Positions 1 to 8,997 are shown, counted from the first letter of the stretch. The stretch: 64,000 nt of DNA from a virus (IMGVR_UViG_3300037483_001670:96001-160000); one strand, 5' to 3'. The notes: generated by a model from the letters alone, not told the origin. Numbers and translations are program-made.

Positions 1-2036
1 TTGATCAGGAGCCTCGCCCGGTCCTTCACGAACGTGCCCTCTTCCCGATCGTCTGGGCACTCGATCACCGTCACCCGCGGCCCGTCCGGGTTCGCGGTCC
101 AGAGCGACTTCGGTTCCCGGCCCTCGGCCACCTCGATGACGGCGAGGGCCGCGCCGACAATGTGCTTCGTCGATCGGTAGTTCTGCTCGAGTTTGACGAT
201 CCTCGCGTCGGGGAAGTCCGTCTTGAACCCGAGGATGATCGACCGGTCGGCCCCGCGCCACGAATAAATACCCTGATCGTCGTCGCCAACCACGCACACG
301 TTGCGCTTAGCTCCAAGGGCGCGCACCAGGCGGTACTGGGTCATGTTCGTATCCTGGAACTCGTCGACCATGACGTGCTCGAACCGGGCGCGGAGATCCA
401 TCCCAATCTCGTCCTCGCGCTCGGCGAGCCGCATCATGTTAACGATGAGATCCTCGAAGTCGAACGCGTCGCCGTACTGAAGCCAGTCCTCGTACTGAAT
501 CCAGATCTCCCGGAACCGCTCCTCGTCCTCGTCCATCGGGTTGATGTCGTGCGGCCTCAGCGCCTTCTGCTTGCAAAGGCCGATCTTTTCAAGTGTCTCG
601 CCGAGATCGACCACCTTGCGGTCGATCTTCATGTCGTCGAGCACCTGCTTCAGCACCACCTCCTGCTCGTCCCGCGTGTAGATCTCGAAGGACGGTGTTC
701 GCTGGACGTGCTGCGCGCGCTTCCGCAGCCCCGCCGCGCAGACCGAGTGGAACGTGCCCGACACGAGCCCCCGCGTCGCCCCGGGCGCCACCTTGTCGAT
801 CCTGTGGCGCATCTCCGCCGCCGCCTTCTTCGTGAAGGTAACGAGCAGCATCGCGCCGGGCCGGACGCCCTGCTGCAAGAGGCGCACGGTGCGGGCGGTG
901 AGCGTCTTGGTCTTGCCACTGTTGTGCGTTACCGTAAAATCGTCGAGCAGGTACCGACCGTCACCCTCGATCGAAAAGCCGCAATATCGTCCACGGCCCA
1001 CAGGCTCAACGGATTTGACGCCGGTACGCAGAACGTTCTTTTTCTGACGCCGCGGAGAGGCCATCTTCCTGCGGATTCGACATGGCACCGCCGACGTGTC
1101 CCCGGAAATGCTGACACGGTGGTACGTCCCACCGTGGCCGTTCTGGTCGTGCTTCTCGCACGCCCTCACGTAAGCGGCCAAGCCCACACTGCGAGACAAA
1201 AAAGCAACATCGTCCGCCAACTGCTTCGACTTATTGATCCAGTCGTACCCGTTGGCGTGCAAGTGCCCATCCGTGTCGAGCAGGCCGGCCAACACATGCA
1301 ACCGCACCGCTCGCGAGCCTTTCAGGTAGGGAGGCGGGACAAATCGGAGGTCGCTCCGCAACTTATACAGCCCCAGCTCACGCAATTCGTTGATGAGCTG
1401 ATTCGGATGCGCGTACCGACCCAAACGTGGTCCACGGTAACTGATGCCGTACGATCGCGACGACGGTCGAGGGTTTTCGTCCACCCTCACATGCAACCCA
1501 TACCTGCGCGCCTGCTTTCGCACCTCTCGATGAATCTCCACGTCTGGTTTCGACACGGCAACGCCAGCCCCCATCGAGCCATCGCCCAGAAGAACTCCTA
1601 AAAAGTACGGCTCCACCGTCACCTTGCCAGAGTCGCCGTGAAATACCGCAACCGGCGCCCTAAGAAGCTTGCTCTCCACTCTCCTCTTCTTGGACAACTT
1701 GAACCAATCGCGCACCTTCACATCGAACACACGGCCAGTCGTCGTGTCGACCAACGTCAGCACGTGCTGATCGTTCACCACGAACGCAGCCCCTTTTACC
1801 GGCGTTACCCGAAACATCGGAGCACGCCCCGCAACGGTACGCAGCACTTGCCTCTCAGTACCGTCCCAGCCCATTACACGATCGCCGACCATCACCGCGG
1901 CAGCGCGCTTGACGGAGCCATCCGACATCATGATGCCCTGATTGGGCTCGTGACACCCGGCGCCCGCAAAGATGAGCAGCGGCCCCGTCGTGTGCATGGC
2001 CGCCTCGCGCTGCGGCTCGTTCAGCTCGGCGAGCAT
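1..2036 (-). CDS. uvrD: UvrD/PcrA-family SF1 helicase, intein-containing, runs off window start
   Basis: Hand translation (absent from ORF track): MLAELNEPQREAAMHTTGPLLIFAGAG|intein|SGKTKTLTAR...LLVTFTKKAAAEMRHR...GTFHS...VMVDEFQDTNMTQY...VVGDDDQGIYSWRGAD...KLEQNYRST. Confidence 0.93.
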   Translation of the reverse strand, partial: MLAELNEPQREAAMHTTGPLLIFAGAGCHEPNQGIMMSDGSVKRAAAVMVGDRVMGWDGTERQVLRTVAGRAPMFRVTPVKGAAFVVNDQHVLTLVDTTTGRVFDVKVRDWFKLSKKRRVESKLLRAPVAVFHGDSGKVTVEPYFLGVLLGDGSMGAGVAVSKPDVEIHREVRKQARRYGLHVRVDENPRPSSRSYGISYRGPRLGRYAHPNQLINELRELGLYKLRSDLRFVPPPYLKGSRAVRLHVLAGLLDTDGHLHANGYDWINKSKQLADDVAFLSRSVGLAAYVRACEKHDQNGHGGTYHRVSISGDTSAVPCRIRRKMASPRRQKKNVLRTGVKSVEPVGRGRYCGFSIEGDGRYLLDDFTVTHNSGKTKTLTARTVRLLQQGVRPGAMLLVTFTKKAAAEMRHRIDKVAPGATRGLVSGTFHSVCAAGLRKRAQHVQRTPSFEIYTRDEQEVVLKQVLDDMKIDRKVVDLGETLEKIGLCKQKALRPHDINPMDEDEERFREIWIQYEDWLQYGDAFDFEDLIVNMMRLAEREDEIGMDLRARFEHVMVDEFQDTNMTQYRLVRALGAKRNVCVVGDDDQGIYSWRGADRSIILGFKTDFPDARIVKLEQNYRSTKHIVGAALAVIEVAEGREPKSLWTANPDGPRVTVIECPDDREEGTFVKDRARLLI
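921..1955 (-). mobile_element. 345-aa intein with LAGLIDADG homing endonuclease, inserted in helicase Walker A
   Basis: Starts CHEPNQGIMMSDGS after GAG, ends DFTVTHN before SGKT; internal YFLGVLLGDGS and VLAGLLDTDG motifs; 1035 nt in frame. Confidence 0.92.
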
Positions 2037-2353
2037 CAGTGGACGCGGACGAAGCCGAGCAGGTGGTACCCGGTGACCTCCGGATCGCCATCGCCGAAAT
2101 TGACGACGATCTCGTAGCACTCGTCCGGCGGCATCCCGACGGAGAGATCGATCGCCCGCTCTTCGAGCTCGACGCTGTGCTTGCCCGCGTCGAATGGCAC
2201 CGGCGAGCCCTCGATGTCGGCCTCGAAGCCATCCAGCACCGTCTTCATGGCGTGGAGCGCCTCAGCCTTCGTCGCGAACACGCCCTCGAGCTCGAGCGTG
2301 ACCTCGTTGTCGTCGTCCTCATCTGCGTCCGTATCCGTCACCAGCACGTACAT
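2036..2353 (-). CDS. hypothetical acidic protein
   Basis: 105 aa ORF, stop overlaps helicase ATG. Confidence 0.7.
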   Translation of the reverse strand: MYVLVTDTDADEDDDNEVTLELEGVFATKAEALHAMKTVLDGFEADIEGSPVPFDAGKHSVELEERAIDLSVGMPPDECYEIVVNFGDGDPEVTGYHLLGFVRVH

Positions 2354-2364
2354 GGCATCTCCCT

Positions 2365-2808
2365 TCAGGCAACGAGCTTCGTCTCGTCGACCTCAAACAA
2401 GTTCAGTTCACCAAGATAGGGAATCAACTTCGGAAAGACTTCGACGTTCTGCAAGATGAGCCCGTTTTGCAGCTTGCGGTTGTATTCGCGCATCCACCAC
2501 TTCACGTCGACGCCCCACTTGTCGGCCACCTTCTGCGCCTGATCGGCGAAGCTCCCCCTCGGGATCACGTCGACGAAGTCGCAGCGCCCCACGATGCCGC
2601 CAAAGGCCAGATCCTCGCGCCGCGGCGGCTCGACACCGATGCGGCGCATCCGCTCGCACGAATCCTCGTAGTAGGGCGTCGACATCGTGAGGGACGCATG
2701 CAGCAAGATGGGGCCGCGGTGCTTCGGCACCCAGCTCCGATTCTCGACCCGCTTACCGAGGTACAGCACGGCATGACACCAGGGATGCTTCATAGAAAGA
2801 GCGAACAT
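2365..2808 (-). CDS. ASCH domain protein
   Basis: LSMKHPWCHAVLYLGKRVENRSW...RGPILLHAS signature. Confidence 0.88.
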   Translation of the reverse strand: MFALSMKHPWCHAVLYLGKRVENRSWVPKHRGPILLHASLTMSTPYYEDSCERMRRIGVEPPRREDLAFGGIVGRCDFVDVIPRGSFADQAQKVADKWGVDVKWWMREYNRKLQNGLILQNVEVFPKLIPYLGELNLFEVDETKLVA

Positions 2809-3495
2809 CTACTCCTCGTCGATCGGAACAGCGAGGCCGGCACGCTTCAACGCGAGCAACGCCAGATCGCACACCTGGCCTGGCGTGTGGTACGGCTCGA
2901 CGTTCACGTAGTGCACTTCCCCCTTCGGAAGGAGACCCTCCAGCGCGTAGAGCTCGACCACCCGGCGCTGAATCGCCTCCGTCTCGAATACCTCCGCCGC
3001 TTTGCCTCGGCCGGCACGGCGAACGCTCGCGAGCCCCGGATCAATTTTGAGCACCAGCGTCACGGTGGGCCGAAGCAACATCCCATGGATCGACCGAATC
3101 CAATTGACCCGATTCGTCCACCGCTCGTCGCCCTGCACGAACCCAGAGCCCACCATCTGGTAGACGAGCGTCGACAGGTCGTACCGATCGCAAATCACCG
3201 TCTCGCCGCGGGCGAGCGCAGGATGCACCACGTAGTGCAGATGATCCGACCGGTCGGCCGCGAAAAGCAGCGCCATTGTGTTCGAGTCCGGGGGGCGCAC
3301 TGGGGCCTGCCGATCCATCGCAAGCCGCCCCGTCAGCACCTGGCGGATGAGCGACCCGATCGGACCATTCGTCGGTTCAGCCGTCGCTCTCACCGGCGTC
3401 TCGTGGTTCTCCCACCAGTCAACGAGTCGTTTCACCAAGGTCGTCTTGCCGCACCCGTCCGGACCCTCCACGACGATGAAAGCCGCCTCCGTCAT
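2809..3495 (-). CDS. tmk: thymidylate kinase
   Basis: Start reassigned to MTEAAFIVVEGPDGCGKTT; TAEPT, LLFAADRSDH, VICDRYDLST motifs. Confidence 0.93.
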   Translation of the reverse strand: MTEAAFIVVEGPDGCGKTTLVKRLVDWWENHETPVRATAEPTNGPIGSLIRQVLTGRLAMDRQAPVRPPDSNTMALLFAADRSDHLHYVVHPALARGETVICDRYDLSTLVYQMVGSGFVQGDERWTNRVNWIRSIHGMLLRPTVTLVLKIDPGLASVRRAGRGKAAEVFETEAIQRRVVELYALEGLLPKGEVHYVNVEPYHTPGQVCDLALLALKRAGLAVPIDEE

Positions 3496-3926
3496 GGCGG
3501 CCCCGGCTCCGCCGGCATCGGCGCAGCCCACAGGTCTTCGCCGTAGGGCACCACCTCGAACACCGTCGCGTAGAGCTCCGCGAACGGCGACCACTTCAAA
3601 AACTCTTCGCGCGTGAACCACGTCACCGGGCAACCGGTCTCCATCTCCCTCGGCTCCCCGGCCGCGAGCACCCGATAGACGTGGACATGTCTCGCGCGAT
3701 TGAGCTTGACCGATTCCGGGTTCTCGTACGCCGAGTCGAAGACCGGCGTGTACTTCGCCGCGCCGAGGCCGGTCTCCTCGCGGAGCTCGCGCAGAAGAGC
3801 CTCCTCGAGCGTCTCGGTGTCTTCGACCATGCCGCCCGGCAGGGACCAGCCGCCGTAGCGACGGTTCCACACGCAAAGGATACGACCGTCGGCACGCTCG
3901 ATCAAAGCTACGGCTGCGCGTTTCAT
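3492..3926 (-). CDS. NUDIX hydrolase
   Basis: Nudix box GGMVEDTETLEEALLRELREETGL. Confidence 0.92.
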   Translation of the reverse strand: MKRAAVALIERADGRILCVWNRRYGGWSLPGGMVEDTETLEEALLRELREETGLGAAKYTPVFDSAYENPESVKLNRARHVHVYRVLAAGEPREMETGCPVTWFTREEFLKWSPFAELYATVFEVVPYGEDLWAAPMPAEPGPP

Positions 3927-3986
3927 GACCGACGACGGTACTCGCCCCGGCGCTGCGCCGTCAAGAACGTACTAGTACGATCATAA

Positions 3987-4895
3987 CTATTCTAGGACAT
4001 TGACGGTCACGGCGTCGCGTGCCTGCGAAAGCGGCACCGCATGCCCCGGATCGGTGATGGCCCAGAAGGGGCGTTCGTGTGTGTCCCGCCGCACGTGCCC
4101 GACGTTGTTCAAGTGCACGTCGGCGAGCAGCAGTCCCCGCTCGAGATAAAAGTCGAGCGCTTCGCCCACTTCGGGACCGCCCGGCTCGTGCTCCATCAAT
4201 TCCGCAACGATCGCGCATGCCCGGACGAGCGCCGCCGCCCGTTGCGCGCCCTTCAAAGTCCCGAACGGCCCGGCGCGCTGACCCTCCCAATGCTGGCGAC
4301 CCATCCCCTCGCCGATGTCGTCGAGCTCGACCTTGTCCCGCGCCCAATCCTCGTAGCGCTTCATGCTCGCCAACGTGGCCGCCTGGTCGGCCGCGCGCGT
4401 CACAATGTCCTTGACGATGCCGGCACATGTCTGAAACACCCGCAGGTGCCAGACGAACTCCTGCATGGCACGCGGATCCTCGCCTGGGAGATTCTTAAGC
4501 CACACGAGCCGCCCGACGTCGTACGCCTCCTCGCGCCAAAGCACGAAGACGGGCCGACCTCGGTACTCTGCCGGCAGCCGGTAGATCGCAGCGTAGTGCA
4601 CGATGCCGTCGGGGAAGGCGCGCATCTTCATCGCCGACGCCACGAAGTGAGCCTCGAGCGGATCGCTCGTCACCTTCAGCACGAGCCCCTTGCGGCTGGT
4701 CGGCAGGACGCAGCCGTAATGACCGCACCCGTACTCCTCCACGCTCCGCCGCTTTCCACTGCTTCCCACTTTTTCCGTCGGCATGAGCTCCTTGCCGACG
4801 CGTTCCTGCATCGCGTCCCACGATTCCGCGAGGCTGCGGTTCACCCATGCCGGGTTCGGCTCGAACTCCTCGAGCTCGGCGCGACCGGCAGTCAT
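3987..4895 (-). CDS. protein-kinase-like (PKL fold) enzyme
   Basis: Gly loop YGCGHYGCV, VLKVT, catalytic DVHLNN, ITDPG; start reassigned to MTAGRAE. Confidence 0.75.
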   Translation of the reverse strand: MTAGRAELEEFEPNPAWVNRSLAESWDAMQERVGKELMPTEKVGSSGKRRSVEEYGCGHYGCVLPTSRKGLVLKVTSDPLEAHFVASAMKMRAFPDGIVHYAAIYRLPAEYRGRPVFVLWREEAYDVGRLVWLKNLPGEDPRAMQEFVWHLRVFQTCAGIVKDIVTRAADQAATLASMKRYEDWARDKVELDDIGEGMGRQHWEGQRAGPFGTLKGAQRAAALVRACAIVAELMEHEPGGPEVGEALDFYLERGLLLADVHLNNVGHVRRDTHERPFWAITDPGHAVPLSQARDAVTVNVLE

Positions 4896-5374
4896 AGGTG
4901 CACGAGCCACCGCGTGAGCAGGTAGGCACCGAGGCCGGTCATGCCCACTGCCAGCGCCCGACCGACGTTCGAGATCGCCGCCGTGCTCACGGCCGGCACC
5001 TCGACGTCCCACGGGTAGACGTCGGGGGGCGGCGGCTCGCATTCGGTCGCCATGAACGTCATCACGTTCGGGTTGCAGGTCGTCGGCGCCGGCTGGCCGC
5101 TCATGTCGTAGACGGTGACCCCTCGAATCGGAGGGTCGACGTTGACGCGCTTCCCGCCTCGGTTGGTCCACGTGTGCCATTCGACCCGCGCAAGCGCCGG
5201 CACGCCGGCAAACACATTCGGCACGGTCGCCCCCATCGGATACGCGGACGGATCATGCACGATCGCCGATGCCCACTTGCCCATCTCGGGCGGCACCGGG
5301 CGCGTCCATATTTTGGCTCCAGGAGGCGGGGGCGGGTTGAGTGCCACGACCCGTAAGACTACCCCGAAAACCAC
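4892..5374 (-). CDS. hypothetical protein with C-terminal TM helix
   Basis: 160 aa, hydrophobic C-terminus ALAVGMTGLGAYLLTRWLV. Confidence 0.6.
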   Translation of the reverse strand: MVFGVVLRVVALNPPPPPGAKIWTRPVPPEMGKWASAIVHDPSAYPMGATVPNVFAGVPALARVEWHTWTNRGGKRVNVDPPIRGVTVYDMSGQPAPTTCNPNVMTFMATECEPPPPDVYPWDVEVPAVSTAAISNVGRALAVGMTGLGAYLLTRWLVHL

Positions 5375-5428
5375 GTGCCGAAAAGCCGCCTTTGCGACGC
5401 GGGATCGGGCGTGCCAGGTTCATCCAGG

Positions 5429-5614
5429 ATGAACGCGATCCGACTCGAGAAGAAACGACGGGTGCGCGGCGCACGCTTGGTGCGCCGCCTCCTGCGCCGG
5501 GGACACGACAATGCTGGCCGTTGGTTTTGGCTTGGTCGGGTCGCCTTGAATCCGTGGCTTACGATACCCAACGAGGCCTACGCGTACTTGTGGGCGTACC
5601 TGCGGATCCGCTGA
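5429..5614 (+). CDS. small basic protein (cassette ORF)
   Basis: ATG 12 nt after repeat; MNAIRLEKKRRVRG. Confidence 0.6.
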   Translation: MNAIRLEKKRRVRGARLVRRLLRRGHDNAGRWFWLGRVALNPWLTIPNEAYAYLWAYLRIR

Positions 5615-5662
5615 TTTTTCGCCTTTGTGAATCGCCGGAGCGCGTGCCACGTCTGACGGACC

Positions 5663-5881
5663 ATGGCGAAGTCGACGCGAGCGTACCCCCTTCCGAGAGT
5701 AGAGAACGACCCGCGCTTCAATTTGGGGCTGCTCCTTGCGGTCGCCGAAGTTCTCGAAGCGAAGGGATTTCCCAAGCCAGACGCTTACGACTTCCCCGAT
5801 CTCTCGGTCGCGCTCTTTCGTTTCCTCTACCGAGATGAAGCCGCGGAAGCCGCGACGAAGGTTCCTGGCGAAGGGCGCTGA
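5663..5881 (+). CDS. small hypothetical protein (cassette ORF)
   Basis: 72 aa between two repeats. Confidence 0.7.
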   Translation: MAKSTRAYPLPRVENDPRFNLGLLLAVAEVLEAKGFPKPDAYDFPDLSVALFRFLYRDEAAEAATKVPGEGR

Positions 5882-5926
5882 TTTTTCGCCCTTGCGGGTC
5901 GAGCTCGCGCGTTTCACGATCGCCAG

Positions 5927-6115
5927 GTGCCTAGCTGCGAATGCGAGGATTTTCGTTCGGAACGACCCGCGGGGCAAAAGTTTGCCGTATGTGGAGATCC
6001 AGCTGAATGGCGGCGCGACGACAACGGGCCAGGCCCGCCCAACATCTGCACCAAGCACGCGGAGACGCTTCGGGCCGCCGGGCTTGCCGTGGTCAAACCC
6101 AACCCGTTGAACTGA
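5927..6115 (+). CDS. small Cys-rich protein (cassette ORF)
   Basis: CECED...C...CTKH; between repeats. Confidence 0.65.
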   Translation: MPSCECEDFRSERPAGQKFAVCGDPAEWRRDDNGPGPPNICTKHAETLRAAGLAVVKPNPLN

Positions 6116-6160
6116 GTTTTCGCCTTTGCGGAGCGCCTGCGGGCGTGCCAAGCCTTCGAC

Positions 6161-6337
6161 GTGACCTCCGACGAAGCCGATCGATACGTGCGGCGTGAGC
6201 TCGGAGAATGGCTCTGCAAGTGGCTCAGCGATGAGCATGAGGGGGCCGAACCGCGCTTTTCTCCAACCGGCGATCCCGACGAGCTCGCAGCCATCAATGA
6301 TGCCTGGGGCCGGCTGCGCCGCTATCTCTTGGGCTAA
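6161..6337 (+). CDS. small hypothetical protein, 58 aa (cassette ORF, below track cutoff)
   Basis: GTG start, MTSDEADRYVRRELGEWLCKWLS...RRYLLG. Confidence 0.65.
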   Translation: MTSDEADRYVRRELGEWLCKWLSDEHEGAEPRFSPTGDPDELAAINDAWGRLRRYLLG

Positions 6338-6382
6338 TTTTCGCCTTTGCGGCTCGCGAGCTCGCGTGTCACCGTCCGAAGC

Positions 6383-6655
6383 ATGCCCGCCGTGATCCTC
6401 GGACTGCCCCCCGACAAGTGCGACCACATCTACCCGCGGACCCGGGATGGCCGTTGCCAGGGCTGCGGTTCGGTGAGCTGCGCAGCGCCGAAGGATCGAA
6501 GCCTGGCTGGTCTCGGCGGCCCGCGCTGCGGAAAGCCGGCGACCATGCGGCGCGACGGTCAACCGCAGTGCGATGAGTGCTGGGCCGACCGGCCTCACCT
6601 CGCTTCGTGCGTGCACGGTGATTGCTGGTGTAAGCCCGGCAGCGACGGGACCTAG
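6383..6655 (+). CDS. Cys/His-rich putative Zn-binding protein (cassette ORF)
   Basis: CDH, CQGC, CDEC, CVHGDCWC. Confidence 0.65.
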   Translation: MPAVILGLPPDKCDHIYPRTRDGRCQGCGSVSCAAPKDRSLAGLGGPRCGKPATMRRDGQPQCDECWADRPHLASCVHGDCWCKPGSDGT

Positions 6656-6701
6656 TTTTTAGTCGTTGCGGCGCATCTGACCGCATATCACGATGACCGG
6701 A

Positions 6702-6905
6702 ATGACCACTCGCGATGATGTCGACTTCGTGAACGCGCTAGGAGCTCGGTGCGGAGACCTGTCGAAGCTCGAACGTGACGCACCGGCGCCGATCACCATC
6801 GGCGAGCTGCGCCGGCTTTTGACCATCCTAGCCAGCCAGATCCAAATGAACATGACGATCGTCGACGAACTCAAACGCAGGTGCGAGGCATTGGGCATCG
6901 GCTAA
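6702..6905 (+). CDS. small helical protein (cassette ORF)
   Basis: MTTRDDVDFVNALG; alternative start 6693. Confidence 0.65.
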   Translation: MTTRDDVDFVNALGARCGDLSKLERDAPAPITIGELRRLLTILASQIQMNMTIVDELKRRCEALGIG

Positions 6906-6950
6906 TTGCCGGTTTGCGGAGCGCTCGAGCGCGTGTCAGCGTCGATCCCC

Positions 6951-7220
6951 ATGAAGGACTGGGGCCCGAGGGGAGCTCTCATCGCCCCGCCGGGCCCAGC
7001 GTCCTCGGCGGCGCGAAAGGGTCTACCGCGTTTTTCGGCCCGCGATTGGGACGGATCGTACGGCCATGGGGCGCGGCGGGCCCACTACGCCGTTGGCGTG
7101 GTTCGGTGCCCTACTTGCGGAGCTCCCCGCGGCGCGCTTTGCCAAGGTGCGCTTGGGCCACATTTGGGAACCCACATCGAGCGGCGCAAGGCATACAGCC
7201 AAGCGAAGCGCGCGAAGTGA
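6951..7220 (+). CDS. phage Zn-finger-like protein (cassette ORF)
   Basis: VRCPTCGAPRGALC...THIERR. Confidence 0.65.
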   Translation: MKDWGPRGALIAPPGPASSAARKGLPRFSARDWDGSYGHGARRAHYAVGVVRCPTCGAPRGALCQGALGPHLGTHIERRKAYSQAKRAK

Positions 7221-7264
7221 CTTTCGCCCTTGTGAGCCGGCTCGAGCCGTATCAACCTGGATCG

Positions 7265-7447
7265 GTGGCAAAACACCGTACCAGTGCGCTCGACGGTTCT
7301 CCCGAATGGCGAGCACTCTTCGCCGGCCTCGTGGCCAAAGCCGAGATCGAAGAGCGCGCAGTCGAAGCTTTCGCCGAGCACTGGGGACTCAAGTACGACG
7401 CCGACCTCCGCGAGCTCGTCCGCTTTGCCCGCCAAGGCCCACACTGA
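7265..7447 (+). CDS. small hypothetical protein (cassette ORF)
   Basis: GTG start 10 nt after repeat. Confidence 0.55.
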   Translation: MAKHRTSALDGSPEWRALFAGLVAKAEIEERAVEAFAEHWGLKYDADLRELVRFARQGPH

Positions 7448-7623
7448 TTTTCGTCGTTGCGGCGCGCGCCCAGGCGTACCAGGATCAAAGCGCCGTGGCC
7501 TGGAGACGCCGGAAGGCCGGCCGCGGAAGTTCCGATGAGCTAAGACGCGTCTTCCGGCGCCGAGCTCGGCGGAGCGATTCGCCCTTGTGAATCGCTCCGC
7601 CGCGTGCCACGTCTTGACGCGAC

Positions 7624-7785
7624 ATGCGGTGGAAGCGTCGACGCCGGCTGAAGCTCCAACGTCGCACCCTCGACCGCTTCGAAAGAACGCGTCCCCTTAC
7701 CCGCAAGCTGGTCGCCCTTGGGCTCTTGGATCCGATCGTCGCCGAGCTTCACTACTACGCCGCGGCTCAACGCCATCGCGCCTAG
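7624..7785 (+). CDS. small Arg-rich protein, 53 aa (cassette ORF)
   Basis: MRWKRRRRLKLQRRTLDRFER...; between repeats. Confidence 0.55.
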   Translation: MRWKRRRRLKLQRRTLDRFERTRPLTRKLVALGLLDPIVAELHYYAAAQRHRA

Positions 7786-7966
7786 GTGGCTTTTTCGACT
7801 TGTAAGCCGGCTCGAGGCGTATCAACCTGGATCGAGGTCGCCAGCTCGGAGCGCGTGCGATGAAGCAGCGAAAGCTGCGGAGACCGCGACGGGTGATGGA
7901 ATCGCCTAGCTGGCGGCCCATTTTCGCCTTTGCGACACGACCTCGAGCGGTTCATCCTCTTGAACC

Positions 7967-7994
7967 ATGCCACGTCGTTCGTGCCCGAAGTGCG
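7967..7994 (+). pseudogene. 5' part of Cys-rich cassette ORF split by IS1-like element (3' part 10503-10666)
   Basis: Removing element plus one TSD restores 63-aa MPRRSCPKCG-RLEPSHICDSHCPEGGYC...NLGKA in frame. Confidence 0.85.
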
Positions 7995-8057
7995 GGTGGT
8001 GGGTCGATTCGGTTTCGGCCTTGGCCCGAAGCCTGCTTACCCGGCAGTCTGGCGCTC

Positions 8058-8363
8058 ATGGAGCGCACCATTCTGCACGTCCGCATCGAGCTGGCGATGT
8101 TCAACGCCGCCACACGGCGAGCCGTAGAGCACGCGTCGACCTGCGCGAGCTCCCTCATTCTGGTCGCCGAGCTCGCCAAGGACAGCATCGCCGATCTGTT
8201 CTTCGATGCCGAGCCGGACGAGCTGCGAGCTCGAGCGACACGTCTCCGGAGTGCTGTGCTGCACGCGTCGAATCTTGGGGCCGAGCTCCAGGCCGTTGCG
8301 GGCAGCTTGGAGCAGCTCGCCCTGCTCCGCGAGCTGGCCGAGCCGGAGACGGACGAAGACTAG
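8058..8363 (+). CDS. helical hypothetical protein (transposon passenger)
   Basis: MERTILHVRIELAMF..., 101 aa. Confidence 0.55.
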   Translation: MERTILHVRIELAMFNAATRRAVEHASTCASSLILVAELAKDSIADLFFDAEPDELRARATRLRSAVLHASNLGAELQAVAGSLEQLALLRELAEPETDED

Positions 8364-8569
8364 GCGTTGAGCCGCCGCCGTGCTGCGCGCCCGTCGGCGC
8401 GTCCGAGTTCGTAACAAATAGCTCCGACCACCAGCAGTCCGATACCCACCGCTACGGGTTCGGAAATACCGAAGATGCCGGCTTCAACCGTGCCATCCGG
8501 CCGTGCAGCAACAGCAAACGACGACCGCTGAATGGGTCGCCGGGACCGGCGAACGAGGGACTGCGACAT
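8360..8569 (-). CDS. small membrane protein (transposon passenger)
   Basis: AGIFG + TM VAVGIGLLVVGAICY + basic tail. Confidence 0.6.
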   Translation of the reverse strand: MSQSLVRRSRRPIQRSSFAVAARPDGTVEAGIFGISEPVAVGIGLLVVGAICYELGRADGRAARRRLNA

Positions 8570-8729
8570 TGTTTCTCCTGTCTGTCGCGGGACCTTTGCG
8601 TGGCTCGGGCGCCAACCCTTGCCACGTCCCGCGTCCCGGCGGCCTTTTTAGCGGCCGTCGAGCTTGTCCAGGATCCATTTAGGGTGAACGCATGTCAAGC
8701 CGATCGCAGCATGGTAAACTGCGCTTCGG

Positions 8730-8984
8730 ATGGCTCCGCGGATGCCTGTCGACGTCAACCAGCTAGCGCACTCAATCGTCGCGAGAGCGACGGGGCAACG
8801 CGAGCGTCTGGCGTCCCTTCCTGGTGGCAAAAAAGTGAAGAACAAGGCTGCGGTCGAACTCGGGCGCCGAGGCGGCCTGAAGGGCGGCAAGGCGCGCGCG
8901 GACAAGCTTTCTGCGAAGCGTCGTCGTGCCATCGCCAAGAAGGCGGCGGCTGCTCGCTGGGCAAAGAAACAAGCTTCGGGCTAG
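8730..8984 (+). CDS. small basic protein typical of IS1-like transposons
   Basis: NQLAHSIVARATG...KNKAAVELGRRGGLKGGKARADKLSAKRRRAIAKKAAAARW. Confidence 0.8.
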   Translation: MAPRMPVDVNQLAHSIVARATGQRERLASLPGGKKVKNKAAVELGRRGGLKGGKARADKLSAKRRRAIAKKAAAARWAKKQASG

Positions 8985-8997
8985 CCCTCAAATCGAC

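Larger units (their letters stand above)
5392..7954 (+). repeat. 12 copies of bipartite motif TTGYRR-N12-CGTRYCA-like, one per small ORF
   Basis: TTG starts at 5392,5625,5892,6126,6347,6666,6914,7230,7457,7585,7800,7930; second box always starts exactly 18 nt later; usually preceded by stop codon + TTTTCGCC. Confidence 0.9.

Noticed and set aside
162-1601. 479-aa plus-strand ORF
   Set aside because: Antisense shadow of the minus-strand UvrD/intein gene, which has all the helicase motifs
5392-7954. Repeats as sigma54 promoters, CRISPR repeats or integron attC sites
   Set aside because: The minus strand gives TGGCACG but no TTGC 4-5 nt later; repeats are degenerate, the spacers are ORFs and no cas genes are seen; no RYYYAAC/GTTRRRY palindromic attC structure or integrase
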